Below, piece after piece: positions 58,344-59,827 of a DNA stretch of 59,827 nucleotides. The DNA is from an uncultured bacterium (lineage in GTDB: Bacteria; Calescibacteriota; Calescibacteriia; Calescibacteriales; Calescibacteriaceae). Numbering within the stretch: the stretch's first letter is position 1; the number at the start of each line of letters is the position of its first letter. The stretch is from NCBI GenBank assembly GCA_964601505.1, contig CAZRNR010000007.1, positions 1-59,827 on the forward strand, given 5' to 3'. A program made the position numbers and the translations under genes. The notes beneath the pieces were generated by a model. The model saw only the letters and a program-made list of their open reading frames with translations, made no database searches and had not been told where the DNA came from.

Positions 58344-59795
58344 ATGGATATGGAAAGGAAACCTAGAGTTCTACTAATCAATTCGCCCACAACAAATCAG
58401 ATGAAAGTTTATGCGAATATAATTCCTGTCGAGTTTGTAAAAAAACATCATCCGATAGGTCTTCTTTATGTTGGAACATATGTTAAAAATATGGCTGAAG
58501 TAAAGGTTATGGACTTTGAAGCGGATGTTTCAGAGAAAAAGTACATATATATGGTTAAAGAAGTTCTAAGAGATTTTCGGCCAGATATTGTCGGAATAAA
58601 TGCTTTTTCTTTAACATTGTATGATGCATATGAAGTAGCAAAAATAGTAAAAGGTGAGAACACCAATGTATCAGTTGTTTTTGGTGGGATACACACATCC
58701 TATTATCCGTATGAGATGATTAATCAGGAGTTTATAGACTTTATAGTTCAGGGAGAGGGAGAGGAAACATTTGCAGATTTCATCTCAAAATTTGGAACAG
58801 ATGAAATGTATTATATCCCAGGAATGATTTCTAAAAAGAAGAATGGTAAGTATCCGGATATAATAACTAATCCCAAGAGAAAAGAAATAGAGAACTTGGA
58901 TAGTATTCCTTTCCCTGATAGGCAATTGCTTATAGACAGAAGTATATACAGAAATTTGCTCATACCAAAGGCAAAAGAAACCATAATGATATCATCTCGC
59001 GGCTGCCCATATTCTTGCGCTTACTGCCAAGTTTCTGGAAAAAGGTATAGATTCAGATCTCCAGAAAATGTTGTAGATGAGATGGAATTTTTAGTTGAGC
59101 AAGGCTACAATTATGTAGACTTCTTTGATGATACTATGAACATTAGAAAGGATAGAGTCAAAAATATTTGTAGAGAAGTGATAAAAAGAGGATTACACAA
59201 GAAAATGAACTGGAAATTCAGGGGTGTAGCGAACCTAATAGATGAGGAAATGGTTGGGCTTATGAAAGAATCTGGGTGCGATATGGTATATATAGGGATA
59301 GAATCCGGAAGCGATAGAGTTTTGAAATCTGTAAACAGAGTAGTAACAACCGAAAATTGTTTAAATGCGGTCAGACTTTTGAAGAAGTATGGTATAAAGA
59401 TTATGGGATATTTCATAATTGGACTTCCTGGAGAAACAGAACAAGAGATTTTTCAGACAGTTAATTTTGCTCTAAATTTGCCTCTTGATTATATTCAAGT
59501 AAATGTTCTAGTACCTGTTCCTGGATCAAGTATTTATTTATCAGCAATAAATGACCCAAATTTTGGTGGAGATTACTTTAGAGATTATACCGTCAAGCCA
59601 GAAAAGAATTTCAGACAAAGATTTTTTGAGACATCAGTTAGTGAGAAAAGAGTGAAGGAATTACAAAAATATTTTTACAAGAAATTTTATCTAAGACCAA
59701 GCTTTATAGTAAAGAATACGATGAGACAAAATTTTCATTCTTTACCTTATGCATTTAAGGTATTTACAAGTTTTCTGATCAAACTTTTTATTTAA
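58344..59795 (+). CDS. B12-binding domain radical SAM protein
   Basis: PIGLLY, GGIH, GEGE, SSRGCPYSCAYC, FFDDT, GIESGS, IIGLPGET. Confidence 0.9.
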   Translation: MDMERKPRVLLINSPTTNQMKVYANIIPVEFVKKHHPIGLLYVGTYVKNMAEVKVMDFEADVSEKKYIYMVKEVLRDFRPDIVGINAFSLTLYDAYEVAKIVKGENTNVSVVFGGIHTSYYPYEMINQEFIDFIVQGEGEETFADFISKFGTDEMYYIPGMISKKKNGKYPDIITNPKRKEIENLDSIPFPDRQLLIDRSIYRNLLIPKAKETIMISSRGCPYSCAYCQVSGKRYRFRSPENVVDEMEFLVEQGYNYVDFFDDTMNIRKDRVKNICREVIKRGLHKKMNWKFRGVANLIDEEMVGLMKESGCDMVYIGIESGSDRVLKSVNRVVTTENCLNAVRLLKKYGIKIMGYFIIGLPGETEQEIFQTVNFALNLPLDYIQVNVLVPVPGSSIYLSAINDPNFGGDYFRDYTVKPEKNFRQRFFETSVSEKRVKELQKYFYKKFYLRPSFIVKNTMRQNFHSLPYAFKVFTSFLIKLFI

Positions 59796-59827
59796 GGCAA
59801 GCTGCAGGGGTATATAAGTTCCGATAA

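Noticed and set aside
1-59827. CRISPR array, prophage or integrase
   Set aside because: No regularly spaced repeats, phage genes, recombinases or duplicated tRNA 3' ends (att sites) were seen.

Overview
AT-rich (roughly one third GC by eye) chromosomal segment of a diderm bacterium. The Lys/Glu/Ile-rich proteins suggest a thermophile, but the lineage cannot be assigned from this window. It is mostly housekeeping genes, unusually scattered out of their usual operons: sufC, ispF, gspE/pilB, ilvC, hemW, cobH, ftsW, sppA, pilD, rimO, ppdK, coaD, glgA, gap and yceD. It also carries a 2-oxoacid:ferredoxin oxidoreductase alpha/beta pair, an mtnB-mtnD-mtnC methionine-salvage cassette, several glycosyltransferase and sugar-modification genes, fatty-acyl metabolism enzymes, oxidative-stress genes (SOD, AhpC) and three tRNAs (Ala-CGC, Ser-TGA, Lys-CTT). 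I saw no CRISPR array, prophage or intact transposase. Main observations: (1) an orphan IS200/IS605 right end / TnpB omega-RNA-like scaffold with a putative guide and no tnpA/tnpB (2336-2445); (2) a GC-rich terminator with C-rich anti-SD-like tracts ending 3 nt before a HerA-less NurA-like nuclease gene; (3) very Lys-rich C-terminal tails on MtnD and PPDK, plus insertions in PPDK; (4) tRNA genes ending 5-9 nt before SD-less protein genes; (5) a multiply disrupted beta-carbonic anhydrase pseudogene; (6) an uncharacterised di-iron ferritin-like enzyme divergent from the oxidoreductase. Family assignments come from recognised motifs, not database searches.
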